This document shows, piece after piece, positions 43,837 through 53,614 of a DNA stretch of 64,000 bases; within the stretch, counting starts at the first letter, position 1, and each line of letters starts with the position of its first letter. Position numbers and translations under genes: made by a program. Location: NCBI RefSeq assembly GCF_054482525.1, contig NZ_CM137006.1, one strand, 5' to 3'. Under the pieces are notes generated by a model. It was not told the DNA's origin. It worked only from the letters and a program-made list of their open reading frames with translations, and ran no database searches.

Positions 43837-44118
43837 ATGAATAAGTACTGGCTGTCAGGAATTATTTTTCTTGCCTATGGAATGGCTTCTCCCGCGTTCT
43901 CTTCACAGACTGCCACATTAACGATTAATGGCAGGATCAGTCCCCCAACATGCAGTATGGTTATGGTTAATGGTCAACCTCAACAGCATTGTGGTCAGTT
44001 AACGTATGATGTTGATACCCGTCATCAGGTTTCTTCGCCAGTCAAAGGTGTAACGACAGAAGTGGTTGTTGCAGGTAGCGATAGCAAACGTCGAATCGTG
44101 TTAAATCGCTACGATTAA
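43837..44118 (+). CDS. yehE: secreted small protein YehE
   Basis: 93-aa ORF with signal peptide; recalled match to YehE. Confidence 0.8.
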   Translation: MNKYWLSGIIFLAYGMASPAFSSQTATLTINGRISPPTCSMVMVNGQPQQHCGQLTYDVDTRHQVSSPVKGVTTEVVVAGSDSKRRIVLNRYD

Positions 44119-44150
44119 TTTGCCACCCTGGTTTTTTAATCGGATTTAGA

Positions 44151-44190
44151 AAGCTGAAATCATTCGTGTGAATGATTTCAGCTTTTTTAT
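44151..44190 (+). terminator. rho-independent terminator downstream of yehE
   Basis: Hairpin aagctgaaatcatt...aatgatttcagctt followed by ttttttatt. Confidence 0.75.
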
Positions 44191-44413
44191 TGATATCAAT
44201 AATACCATTTACAAAAATCTGCATTAATTAATAGATGTGATAAATATTTAATATGCTTAAGTATTTGTTGTATTTATATTGCAATAGTTAATTTGTTTTA
44301 AATCAATAAAACAATATGTTTACATTGCGGCAACTTTTTTGATGTGAGAAATTTGTTTCCAAGAGATACAGACTCTTAACAACCAAAAAATAAATTTTAT
44401 TAAGGAACATATT

Positions 44414-44956
44414 ATGAAACGTTCAATTATTGCTGCCGCTGTCTTTTCTTCTTTTTTTATGAGCGCTGGGGTATTTGCCGCAGACGTTGATACCGGAACA
44501 TTAACCATTAAAGGGAATATTGCAGAATCTCCGTGTAAATTCGAAGCGGGTGGCGACTCAGTAAGTATTAATATGCCAACTGTACCAACCACTGTCTTTG
44601 AAGGTAAAGCTAAATACTCGACCTATGATGATGCAGTCGGTGTAACCAGCAGCATGTTAAAAATTAGCTGTCCGAAAGAAGTTGCTGGTGTAAAACTCTC
44701 GTTGATTACCAACGATAAAATAACCGGAAACGATAAGGCGATAGCCAGTAGCAACGATACCGTGGGGTACTATCTCTATTTAGGTGATAACAGCGATGTC
44801 CTGGATGTTTCTGCACCTTTTAACATTGAGAGTTATAAAACAGCGGAAGGTCAATATGCTATTCCGTTTAAAGCAAAATACCTGAAGCTGACAGATAATT
44901 CAGTGCAATCAGGTGATGTGTTATCTTCTCTGGTTATGCGTGTGGCGCAGGATTAA
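44414..44956 (+). CDS. yehD: chaperone-usher fimbrial major subunit YehD
   Basis: 180-aa ORF with signal peptide and fimbrial-subunit Cys pair. Confidence 0.85.
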   Translation: MKRSIIAAAVFSSFFMSAGVFAADVDTGTLTIKGNIAESPCKFEAGGDSVSINMPTVPTTVFEGKAKYSTYDDAVGVTSSMLKISCPKEVAGVKLSLITNDKITGNDKAIASSNDTVGYYLYLGDNSDVLDVSAPFNIESYKTAEGQYAIPFKAKYLKLTDNSVQSGDVLSSLVMRVAQD

Positions 44957-44993
44957 TAAATAAAATTTCAAGTTTCTCCAGGTAATAAACATG

Positions 44994-45023
44994 GCCGCTA
45001 TCCCCATGGCGGCCTTTTAATTT
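44994..45023 (+). terminator. intra-operon hairpin (possible attenuator) between yehD and yehC
   Basis: ggccgc...gcggcc stem followed by ttttaattt, in the position typical of fimbrial-operon attenuators. Confidence 0.4.
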
Positions 45024-45036
45024 AAGAGGCATTAAG

Positions 45037-45711
45037 ATGAAAGGATTATTAGCTTTACTCATTTCTTCTATGGTCCTTCCTGCACATGCCGGTATTGTTA
45101 TCTACGGGACGCGTATTATTTACCCGGCAGAAAATAAAGAAGTGATGGTGCAGTTGATGAATCAGGGAAACCGTTCTTCGCTGCTGCAGGCGTGGATTGA
45201 TGATGGTGATACGTCGTTACCACCAGAAAAAATTCAGGTTCCTTTCATGTTAACGCCACCAGTGGCAAAAATAGGGGCAAATTCCGGGCAGCAAGTAAAA
45301 ATCAAAATTATGCCGAATAAACTGCCCACTAATAAAGAGAGCATTTTTTATCTGAATGTTCTGGATATTCCACCAAATAGTCCAGAGCAAGAGGGCAAGA
45401 ATGCACTGAAATTTGCAATGCAAAACAGAATAAAATTGTTTTACCGGCCTGCGGGTATTGCACCGGTAAATAAAGCGACATTTAAAAAGTTACTGGTAAA
45501 TCGCAGTGGCAATGGATTGGTGATAAAAAATGACGCAGCAAATTGGGTGACGATTTCGGATGTCAAAGCTAATAATGTCAAAGTCAATTATGAAACTATT
45601 ATGATTGCCCCCTTAGAAAGTCAGAGTATTAATGTCAAAAGTAATAATGCGAATAACTGGTATCTGACCATTATCGATGACCATGGCAACTATATTAGTG
45701 ACAAAATTTAA
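45037..45711 (+). CDS. yehC: periplasmic fimbrial chaperone (PapD-like) YehC
   Basis: 224-aa ORF with signal peptide MKGLLALLISSMVLPAHA. Confidence 0.85.
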   Translation: MKGLLALLISSMVLPAHAGIVIYGTRIIYPAENKEVMVQLMNQGNRSSLLQAWIDDGDTSLPPEKIQVPFMLTPPVAKIGANSGQQVKIKIMPNKLPTNKESIFYLNVLDIPPNSPEQEGKNALKFAMQNRIKLFYRPAGIAPVNKATFKKLLVNRSGNGLVIKNDAANWVTISDVKANNVKVNYETIMIAPLESQSINVKSNNANNWYLTIIDDHGNYISDKI

Positions 45712-45726
45712 TTGCAGGAGCTGCCT

Positions 45727-48207
45727 ATGTTGAGAATGACCCCACTTGCATCAGCAATCGTAGCGTTATTGCTCGGCATTGAAGCTTATGCAGCTGAAGA
45801 AACCTTTGATACCCATTTTATGATAGGTGCAGTGAAAGATCAGCAGGTTGCAAATATTCGTCTTGATGATAATCAACCCTTGCCGGGGCAGTATGACATC
45901 GATATTTATGTCAATAAGCAATGGCGCGGGAAATATGAGATTATTGTTAAAGACAACCCGCAAGAAACATGTTTATCAAGGGAAATTATCAAGCGGTTAG
46001 GCATTAATACCGATAACTTTGCCAGCGGTAAGCAATGTTTAACATTTGAGCAACTTGTTCAGGGTGGGAGCTATACCTGGGATATCGGAGTTTTTCGTCT
46101 CGATTTCAGTGTCCCGCAGGCGTGGGTGGAAGAACTGGAAAGTGGCTATGTTCCACCGGAAAACTGGGAGCGGGGTATTAATGCGTTTTATACCTCTTAT
46201 TATGTGAGTCAGTATTACAGCGACTATAAAGCGTCGGGTAATAGTAAGAGTACATATGTACGTTTTAACAGCGGGTTAAACTTACTGGGGTGGCAACTGC
46301 ATTCTGATGCCAGTTTCAGTAAAACAAATAGCAATCCAGGGGTGTGGAAAAGCAATACCCTGTATCTGGAACGTGGATTTGCCCAACTTCTCGGCACGCT
46401 TCGCGTGGGTGATATGTACACATCAAGCGATATTTTTGATTCTGTTCGCTTCAGCGGTGTGCGGTTGTTTCGTGATATGCAGATGTTGCCTAACTCGAAA
46501 CAAAATTTTACTCCACGGGTGCAGGGGATTGCTCAGAGTAACGCGCTGGTAACTATTGAACAGAATGGTTTTGTGGTTTATCAGAAAGAGGTTCCTCCTG
46601 GCCCGTTTGCGATTACAGATTTGCAGTTGGCCGGGGGTGGAGCGGATCTTGATGTCAGCGTGAAAGAGGCGGACGGTTCGGTAACCACCTATCTGGTGCC
46701 TTATGCAGCGGTGCCGAATATGCTGCAACCTGGCGTGTCGAAATATGATTTTGCGGCGGGTCGTAGCCATATTGAAGGGGCGAGCAAACAAAGTGATTTT
46801 GTCCAGGCGGGTTATCAGTATGGTTTTAATAACTTATTGACGCTGTATGGTGGATCGATGGTCGCGAATAATTATTACGCGTTCACTTTGGGGACTGGCT
46901 GGAATACACGCATTGGTGCCATTTCCGTCGATGCCACGAAGTCGCATAGTAAACAAGACAACGGCGATGTGTTTGACGGGCAAAGTTATCAAATTGCCTA
47001 CAACAAATTTGTGAGCCAAACGTCGACGCGTTTTGGTCTGGCGGCCTGGCGTTATTCGTCGCGTGATTACCGGACATTTAACGATCACGTTTGGGCAAAC
47101 AATAAAGATAATTATCGCCGTGATGAAAACGATATCTATGACATTGCCGATTATTACCAGAACGATTTTGGCCGTAAAAATAGCTTTTCTGCCAATATGA
47201 GCCAGTCATTGCCAGAAGGCTGGGGTTCTGTGTCCTTAAGTACGTTATGGCGAGATTACTGGGGGCGTAGCGGCAGCAGTAAGGATTATCAGTTGAGTTA
47301 TTCCTACAACCTGCGACAGATAAGCTATACCCTCGCGGCAAGCCAGGCTTATGACGAGAATCATCATGAAGAGAAACGTTTTAATATTTTTATATCGATT
47401 CCCTTTGATTGGGGTGATGACGTTACGACGCCTCGTCGGCAAATATATATGTCTAACTCAACGACGTTTGATGATCAGGGTTTTGCCTCAAATAATACGG
47501 GATTATCAGGAACCGTTGGAAGCCGGTATCAATTTAACTATGGGGTCAACCTGAGTCATCAGCATCAGGGAAATGAAACGACAGCTGGAGCGAATTTAAC
47601 CTGGAACGCGCCGGTGGCAACGGTGAATGGCAGTTATAGTCAGTCGAGTACTTATCGACAGGCTGGAGCCAGTGTTTCAGGGGGCATTGTCGCCTGGTCG
47701 GGTGGCGTTAATCTGGCGAACCGTCTTTCCGAAACGTTTGCTGTGATGAATGCGCCAGGAATTAAAGATGCTTATGTCAATGGGCAAAAATATCGCACAA
47801 CAAACCGTAATGGAGTGGTGGTATACGACGGAATGACACCTTATCGGGAAAATCACCTGATGCTGGATGTGTCGCAAAGCGATAGCGAAGCAGAATTACG
47901 TGGCAACCGGAAAATTGCCGCCCCTTTTCGCGGCGCGGTTGTACTGGTTAATTTTGATACCGATCAGCGCAAGCCCTGGTTTATAAAAGCGTTAAGAACG
48001 GATGGGCAACCATTAACGTTTGGTTATGAAGTCAATGATATCCATGGTCATAATATTGGCGTTGTCGGCCAGGGAAGCCAGTTATTTATTCGCACCAATG
48101 AAGTACCGCCATCGGTTAATGTAGCAATTGATAAGCAACAAGGACTTTCATGCACAATCACCTTCGGTAAAGAGATTGATGAAAGTAGAAATTATATTTG
48201 CCAGTAA
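45727..48207 (+). CDS. yehB: outer-membrane fimbrial usher YehB
   Basis: ATG at 45727 preceded by SD gcaggag (the ORF-track start at 45712 is TTG); 826 aa with signal peptide. Confidence 0.9.
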   Translation: MLRMTPLASAIVALLLGIEAYAAEETFDTHFMIGAVKDQQVANIRLDDNQPLPGQYDIDIYVNKQWRGKYEIIVKDNPQETCLSREIIKRLGINTDNFASGKQCLTFEQLVQGGSYTWDIGVFRLDFSVPQAWVEELESGYVPPENWERGINAFYTSYYVSQYYSDYKASGNSKSTYVRFNSGLNLLGWQLHSDASFSKTNSNPGVWKSNTLYLERGFAQLLGTLRVGDMYTSSDIFDSVRFSGVRLFRDMQMLPNSKQNFTPRVQGIAQSNALVTIEQNGFVVYQKEVPPGPFAITDLQLAGGGADLDVSVKEADGSVTTYLVPYAAVPNMLQPGVSKYDFAAGRSHIEGASKQSDFVQAGYQYGFNNLLTLYGGSMVANNYYAFTLGTGWNTRIGAISVDATKSHSKQDNGDVFDGQSYQIAYNKFVSQTSTRFGLAAWRYSSRDYRTFNDHVWANNKDNYRRDENDIYDIADYYQNDFGRKNSFSANMSQSLPEGWGSVSLSTLWRDYWGRSGSSKDYQLSYSYNLRQISYTLAASQAYDENHHEEKRFNIFISIPFDWGDDVTTPRRQIYMSNSTTFDDQGFASNNTGLSGTVGSRYQFNYGVNLSHQHQGNETTAGANLTWNAPVATVNGSYSQSSTYRQAGASVSGGIVAWSGGVNLANRLSETFAVMNAPGIKDAYVNGQKYRTTNRNGVVVYDGMTPYRENHLMLDVSQSDSEAELRGNRKIAAPFRGAVVLVNFDTDQRKPWFIKALRTDGQPLTFGYEVNDIHGHNIGVVGQGSQLFIRTNEVPPSVNVAIDKQQGLSCTITFGKEIDESRNYICQ

Positions 48208-48222
48208 TAGTCAGGTGGTTCT

Positions 48223-49257
48223 ATGAAAATTCGCATAATGCTATTTATATTAATGATGATAGTTATGCCTGTGAGCTATGCGGCATGTTATAGTGAGTTA
48301 TCTGTTCAGCACAATTTGGTTGTTCAGGGGGATTTTGCACTTAGTCAAACACAAATAGCGACATATGAGCATAATTTTAATGATTCGTCATGCGTGAGTA
48401 CAAATACTATCACCCCTATGAGCCCATCGGATATTATTGTTGGACTTTATAACGATACCATTAAATTAAATTTACATTTTGAATGGACCAATAAAAACAA
48501 CATCACGTTGTCAAATAATCAGACCAGTTTCACCAGTGGTTATTCGGTAACGGTGACACCTGCGGCCAGTAATGCAAAAGTGAATGTTTCTGCGGGGGGC
48601 GGCGGTTCAGTGATGATTAATGGTGTTGCGACATTATCCAGTGCTTCATCATCGACACGCGGGAGTGCTGCAGTACAATTTTTACTGTGTTTATTAGGTG
48701 GCAAGTCATGGGATGCATGTGTAAATAGCTACAGAAATGCATTGGCACAAAATGCAGGTGTCTATTCCTTTAATCTGGCATTGTCATATAACCCGATAAC
48801 CACAACCTGCAAACCGGACGATTTATTAATTACTTTAGAGAGTATTCCCGTTTCACAATTACCAGTCACAGGTAACAAAGCAACAATAAATAGTAACAAA
48901 GGGGATATTGTTCTGCGTTGTAAAAACTTATTAGGTCAACAAAATCAAACATCACGGAAAATGCAGGTGTATTTATCAAGTTCTGACTTGTTAAACAACA
49001 GCAACACGATACTTAAAGGTGCAAAAGATAATGGCGTAGAATTTGTTCTTGAAAGTAATGGTTCGCCAGTCACACTTTTAAATATCACTGACAGCAGTAA
49101 AGGATACACAAATTTAAAAGAAATTGCGGCGAAGTCAAAACTTACAGATACAACGGTTTCAATTCCGATAACAGCCAGTTACTACGTCTACGATACAAAC
49201 AAAGTTAAATCCGGCGCACTGGAGACAACCGCATTAATCAACGTGAAATACGACTAA
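48223..49257 (+). CDS. yehA: fimbrial adhesin-like / minor subunit YehA
   Basis: 344-aa ORF with signal peptide; last gene of yehDCBA. Confidence 0.8.
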   Translation: MKIRIMLFILMMIVMPVSYAACYSELSVQHNLVVQGDFALSQTQIATYEHNFNDSSCVSTNTITPMSPSDIIVGLYNDTIKLNLHFEWTNKNNITLSNNQTSFTSGYSVTVTPAASNAKVNVSAGGGGSVMINGVATLSSASSSTRGSAAVQFLLCLLGGKSWDACVNSYRNALAQNAGVYSFNLALSYNPITTTCKPDDLLITLESIPVSQLPVTGNKATINSNKGDIVLRCKNLLGQQNQTSRKMQVYLSSSDLLNNSNTILKGAKDNGVEFVLESNGSPVTLLNITDSSKGYTNLKEIAAKSKLTDTTVSIPITASYYVYDTNKVKSGALETTALINVKYD

Positions 49258-49312
49258 TAACAAGCAAGACGAGCAAGTGGTTAATAATAAAAAATAATAA
49301 GGTGTCTGCATT

Positions 49313-49340
49313 TCCCCCTCATGATGAGGGGGCTTTTTTT
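49313..49340. terminator. bidirectional terminator between yehA and rcnB
   Basis: ccccctcatgatgaggggg followed by ctttttttag. Confidence 0.7.
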
Positions 49341-49677
49341 AGCGATGATAAAAAATCTCACCGTCGTAGGCTTTAACGATTTTACCGTCGGTGTCGCTGA
49401 TCAACACATATGCGCCACCCATATAGGTCCAGTGCGTCCCGGCATCAGGCGCGGGCAGGTTACGTAACTGCCACTGCTTAATGTTGTACTCATCGGTGCG
49501 GTACATCTCTGGGACGGTATCGCCTGGTTTGAAATGCTTAAAGTCAGCAATGAAACTACTTAACTCATACTTAGAAATTCCCGAGGTATTGGTCGAACCC
49601 GCGGTGGCTGGTGCGGCCCAGGCGGCACTGGTAACCAGCAAAAGCGCACCCAGCAACATCTTATTTTTAATGGTCAT
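49339..49677 (-). CDS. rcnB: periplasmic nickel/cobalt homeostasis protein RcnB
   Basis: Start placed at MTIKNKMLLGALLLVTSAAWA (signal peptide); 112 aa. Confidence 0.88.
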   Translation of the reverse strand: MTIKNKMLLGALLLVTSAAWAAPATAGSTNTSGISKYELSSFIADFKHFKPGDTVPEMYRTDEYNIKQWQLRNLPAPDAGTHWTYMGGAYVLISDTDGKIVKAYDGEIFYHR

Positions 49678-49895
49678 AAACTCTCCACTTTGGGGATCTG
49701 TAATATCAGTCGCATATCTTTCCTGCCATACAATATAACTGACAAGCGATATTTTGTTAGTGATCCCATGATTTCGTAAAAAGTGTAAATGAAAGGATGC
49801 CCTAAAAGCATCCTTAGCGAGCAGAGAGTCAGCGGAAATAGCTGATTTAAGAATCATCCTGGGCTGAAGATAACATGCAAGCCTAAAGGATAGAG

Positions 49896-50729
49896 TTATC
49901 GCATTATGCCCATAAAGCCATGCACACCCATATACACACCAACTAAGCCAATCAACAGACTGGAAAAATAGGGGGCGCGTTTAGCGAGAGTGTTAAATCC
50001 GCTCCAGCGTTTTGCGACCTGCTGAACGCTGATTGCTGCGCCAACGCCTACGGTGACCAGCGTTAACGCCAGGCCGATGCTGAAACTGACGACCAGTGTT
50101 GCGCCCAGTGTCAGGGCTTTCAACTGAATGCAAATCAACAGCACGGTAATTGCTGCCGGGCAGGGGATAAGGCCACCGGTTAAGCCAAATAACAAAATTT
50201 GCCAGTTGGTGACCTCTCTACCATCAAAGCGTCGTTTAATGTCATTGGCATGGGCTCGTGCATGAGCATCCTGATACTCCCCATGTTCGTGATGGTGATG
50301 ATGTCCATGGTCGTGGTGATCTTCGTGATCGTGATGATGATGGTGATGATGCTCATGATCATGCCCGTGCATATTCTCCAGCCAGTTGCGTTCGCCGCGC
50401 CAGGTACGCCAGAACATCCAGAACGCGGTGCCAATAATGATCACCGCGGAAATCAACTGGAGCCACGGTTCTGCTGATTGAGCAGTAAAGCGCTTACTGA
50501 TCACCATCCCGCCAAAGGCAATCAACCAGACCACCGCGGTATGCGAAATGGTTGCTGCCAGTCCGAGCATCACCGCCTGTTTAATGGTGCCTTTGATGGC
50601 GATGATAAACGCCGCCATCATCGTTTTTGAGTGCCCTGGTTCCAGGCCATGAAGCGCACCAAGTAAGATGGCGCTGGGGATGAAGAACCAGGCGTTTCCT
50701 TGCTGAAGAAGAGTGGTAAATTCGGTCAT
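49896..50729 (-). CDS. rcnA: nickel/cobalt efflux pump RcnA
   Basis: 277-aa membrane ORF with a histidine-rich loop (HGHDHEHHHHHHHDHEDHHDHGHHHHHEHG). Confidence 0.92.
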   Translation of the reverse strand: MTEFTTLLQQGNAWFFIPSAILLGALHGLEPGHSKTMMAAFIIAIKGTIKQAVMLGLAATISHTAVVWLIAFGGMVISKRFTAQSAEPWLQLISAVIIIGTAFWMFWRTWRGERNWLENMHGHDHEHHHHHHHDHEDHHDHGHHHHHEHGEYQDAHARAHANDIKRRFDGREVTNWQILLFGLTGGLIPCPAAITVLLICIQLKALTLGATLVVSFSIGLALTLVTVGVGAAISVQQVAKRWSGFNTLAKRAPYFSSLLIGLVGVYMGVHGFMGIMR

Positions 50730-50766
50730 GATAATAATTCTTAGTATTAATTCGGCAATCCGATTC

Positions 50767-50801
50767 TACTCCCCCCCAGTACCTGATACTACCCCCCAGT
50801 A
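50767..50801. promoter_or_regulatory. tandem RcnR operator sites (TACT-G6-N-AGTA type) in the rcnA-rcnR intergenic region
   Basis: tactcccccccagta (50767-50781) and tactaccccccagta (50787-50801) between the divergent rcnA and rcnR. Confidence 0.7.
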
Positions 50802-50849
50802 GATTAATAGTGCTATGATTTTTCATGTTCTTGTTAACCAGGTGTTGCC

Positions 50850-51122
50850 ATGTCTCATACCATCCGTGATAAACAGAAACTGAAAGCGCGTGCCAGTAAG
50901 ATTCAGGGCCAGGTCGTGGCGCTCAAGAAAATGCTCGACGAGCCGCACGAATGCGCTGCAGTTTTACAACAGATTGCTGCTATCCGTGGCGCGGTAAACG
51001 GTCTGATGCGGGAAGTGATTAAAGGTCATCTGACGGAACACATCGTTCACCAGGGGGATGAGCTAAAACGTGAAGAAGATCTGGATGTCGTTCTGAAGGT
51101 GCTGGATTCTTATATCAAATAA
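50850..51122 (+). CDS. rcnR: Ni/Co-responsive repressor RcnR (CsoR/RcnR family)
   Basis: 90-aa [24 protein letters not shown]...; recalled identity to RcnR. Confidence 0.9.
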
Positions 51123-51210
51123 TTTATTAACGCTATTGTAAAACTGCCGTTTTTCCTCGTTTACAACGGGTGCGCTGGACATTACCATCCTCCTCTGCGA
51201 TTTATCATCG

Positions 51211-51292
51211 CAACCAAACGACTCGGGGTGCCCTTCTGCGTGAAGGCTGAGAAATACCCGTATCACCTGATCTGGATAATGCCAGCGTAGGG
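51211..51292 (+). repeat. attL: left copy of the 82-bp direct repeat (thiM riboswitch aptamer segment)
   Basis: Identical to 59101-59182. Confidence 0.8.
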
Positions 51293-51375
51293 GGCCAAAA
51301 TAGTCTTGAAAATTATGTGGTTGTATCTCTTTTTGACCATAAATCATGCTGTTAAGGTACAAAAAGGGGTCGTTT

Positions 51376-52683
51376 ATGAGGTCAAGAACTCTCCCATACA
51401 CATTTCAGCGAAACGGTAATTACTATCTACAAATCCGGCTTTCGGATGGTCGGATATACAAAAAATCACTTTTTACTGACAGTTATCGCGAAGCATCGGC
51501 GTTGATGATTGGCCTTACTCCGCACATTCCTTTCGTTAAATCACTCGCTACTCCGTTGCCGCAATTTAATAAGTTTGTTTCAAACTTGATCGCTTCGTCA
51601 CGTAACGTAATGATTCCGTTGCCACTCCCTCAGCAATTGAACAATATTTCTAAAGAAGTTTTGCAGCTTCAACCACCAGCCAAACCGGAAAAGGTACTAA
51701 CACTTGCTGATGCGTGGGCTATGTACAAGGAGGAAAGAGGTCGAAATTGGACAAAATCGATCTCAATAGCAAATGAGCGTTATATGGAGGTATTGCTTGT
51801 TGTCTTGGGAAAAGAAACAGACGTAACGGCAATCACCAAACAAGATATTAAGCGAGTAATGGAAACTGTCGAAAACTTACCAAAGCGTGTAGTGCAACCG
51901 TATAGGTCAATGACTATTCAGCAACTAATCGAATGTGATGATGTGCTGCCAGAGGATTTAGTTGGTGCTGAGGCTGTACATAAGCACCTTAAAATCTACA
52001 AATCGTTATTCAAAACATTTCTGACTGAAAACAAAGATATTCTATCTAAGTCTCCGACTGATGGAATAGTAGCGGCACCATCCAAAGCTAGGTTTGGTGC
52101 ATACAGTGCAGCAGAAATGAAAAAATTTGTAGGATGGGCACTAAAGCAGCCTGATGGATGGCAGAAGTGGATCACTTTGTTGTTGGCGTACACAGGAGCC
52201 AGAAGAGGTGAGATTGCTAAACTGGAGAAGTCGCAGATCAAATTTGATGAAGATAGCCAGCGGCACTATCTTCTGATCGCGGAAAGAAGGCTGGGTAAAA
52301 CTGAGAATGCTACAAGACAGGTAGTGATTCATCCCAAACTGATTGAGTGGGGGTTTCTGGATTTTGTTAACCGCCAATGGAAAGAGAAAATCTTTTCGGA
52401 AGTCTCAGGTCGAAATATGTCAAAGATAGGTAAAGTTCTTTCAGATGTTCGTGATCAGCTTGATATTCCTTATCTTGATGATTATGGGCAGCGGCGCTTG
52501 GTGCATAGTTTCCGGCATACTATGATTTCTACTTGTTTAGCTGGTTGGGTGAGTAATTTGGCGCATCTGCAACAGGTGGTAGGTCATGAAAAGAGTGGAG
52601 TAGGGATTACCCAGCGTTATCTGCACACATTCCCACTTTCCACCGTTTGTTATGTGATCGATGGTCTTTGTTGGGAGACTTAG
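51376..52683 (+). CDS. int: tyrosine site-specific integrase
   Basis: ATG at 51376 preceded by SD aaaagggg; C-terminal catalytic block HSFRHTMISTCLAGW...GHEKSGVGITQRYLH (R, H-x-x-R, Y). Confidence 0.85.
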   Translation: MRSRTLPYTFQRNGNYYLQIRLSDGRIYKKSLFTDSYREASALMIGLTPHIPFVKSLATPLPQFNKFVSNLIASSRNVMIPLPLPQQLNNISKEVLQLQPPAKPEKVLTLADAWAMYKEERGRNWTKSISIANERYMEVLLVVLGKETDVTAITKQDIKRVMETVENLPKRVVQPYRSMTIQQLIECDDVLPEDLVGAEAVHKHLKIYKSLFKTFLTENKDILSKSPTDGIVAAPSKARFGAYSAAEMKKFVGWALKQPDGWQKWITLLLAYTGARRGEIAKLEKSQIKFDEDSQRHYLLIAERRLGKTENATRQVVIHPKLIEWGFLDFVNRQWKEKIFSEVSGRNMSKIGKVLSDVRDQLDIPYLDDYGQRRLVHSFRHTMISTCLAGWVSNLAHLQQVVGHEKSGVGITQRYLHTFPLSTVCYVIDGLCWET

Positions 52684-52811
52684 TTATTCGTGTATCCTTC
52701 TTAGTGTATAACCAGCTAATAATTTGTAGATTTTTATTGTCTGAGATCAAAAATTTTCACAACTAATTTACAATAATAACTTAAGATGAATTTAGGCTTA
52801 GTGAGTCTTCT

Positions 52812-53537
52812 ATGGTTAAAAATTTAGGCAAAAAATACAAGTATGGCGATCAACCGATAAGAGCTATTACCATACAGATAATTGCTAATCAGTTTGGTGG
52901 GGCTGCAACGGCTAAGCAGGTAGATGATTATCTTAGAAAGCTATTTCCATCTTATAAAGATAATACTTGGCTCAATTTAATTGCTAATACAGTTAATTGT
53001 AAGCGGAGCTACTGGAGTTTCAACAAAACTGCCCGACGAACTGATGATGTAACTCATCGGCATCATAAGTATGACCGATTGTTCAAGCGTGGAAATATTT
53101 TTGAAATCTATCAACCATCTGTGCACGGTATTTGGGAATTATACCAGGATTTAGAAGGGATGTGGCGTTATCGTCAAGTAAAATCGGTTTTCGAAGAAGC
53201 TGTTGAGACGGCTGCAAAATTATCTTCAGTGGAACGAAAGCAAATTTTAGCGACAGAAAGTAAAATCCCGGAACTAATCGAAGTAACAACACGAGTTTAT
53301 AAACGAAGCCCATATGTAGTTGCTGAAGTTCTTTTGAGAGCAAATGGAAAATGTCAATATTGTAAGCGAGATGCTCCTTTTCTAAAGGAAGATGGTACTC
53401 CATTTCTAGAAGTTCATCATATTGAGTGGCTTTCAAAGGGGGGGGAGGACTCTGTGGAAAATGCTATTGCATTATGTCCTAATTGCCATAGACAAGCCCA
53501 TTATGGCGATCTGACATTACTACCTGTTAATAAATAG
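52812..53537 (+). CDS. McrA-like HNH endonuclease (candidate type IV / modification-dependent restriction or defense nuclease)
   Basis: C-terminal CQYCKRDAPF...LEVHHIEWLSKGGEDSVENAIALCPNCHRQAHY closely resembles the recalled McrA HNH region; N-terminal about 190 aa unrecognised. Confidence 0.65.
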   Translation: MVKNLGKKYKYGDQPIRAITIQIIANQFGGAATAKQVDDYLRKLFPSYKDNTWLNLIANTVNCKRSYWSFNKTARRTDDVTHRHHKYDRLFKRGNIFEIYQPSVHGIWELYQDLEGMWRYRQVKSVFEEAVETAAKLSSVERKQILATESKIPELIEVTTRVYKRSPYVVAEVLLRANGKCQYCKRDAPFLKEDGTPFLEVHHIEWLSKGGEDSVENAIALCPNCHRQAHYGDLTLLPVNK

Positions 53538-53614
53538 GCTTGATGAAAGTTCTATTTCTATATTTTTCAATATACAAATTTCCCCAAAAACGGCGTGAAT
53601 ATCACGCCGATCAA

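Noticed and set aside
45712-45726. TTG start for yehB given by the ORF track
   Set aside because: An ATG at 45727 with SD gcaggag at the correct spacing is the more likely start; the TTG immediately abuts the yehC stop
50280-50400. Low-complexity catcat/gtgatg repetitive DNA
   Set aside because: It is the in-frame coding sequence of the RcnA histidine-rich loop, not a non-coding repeat element
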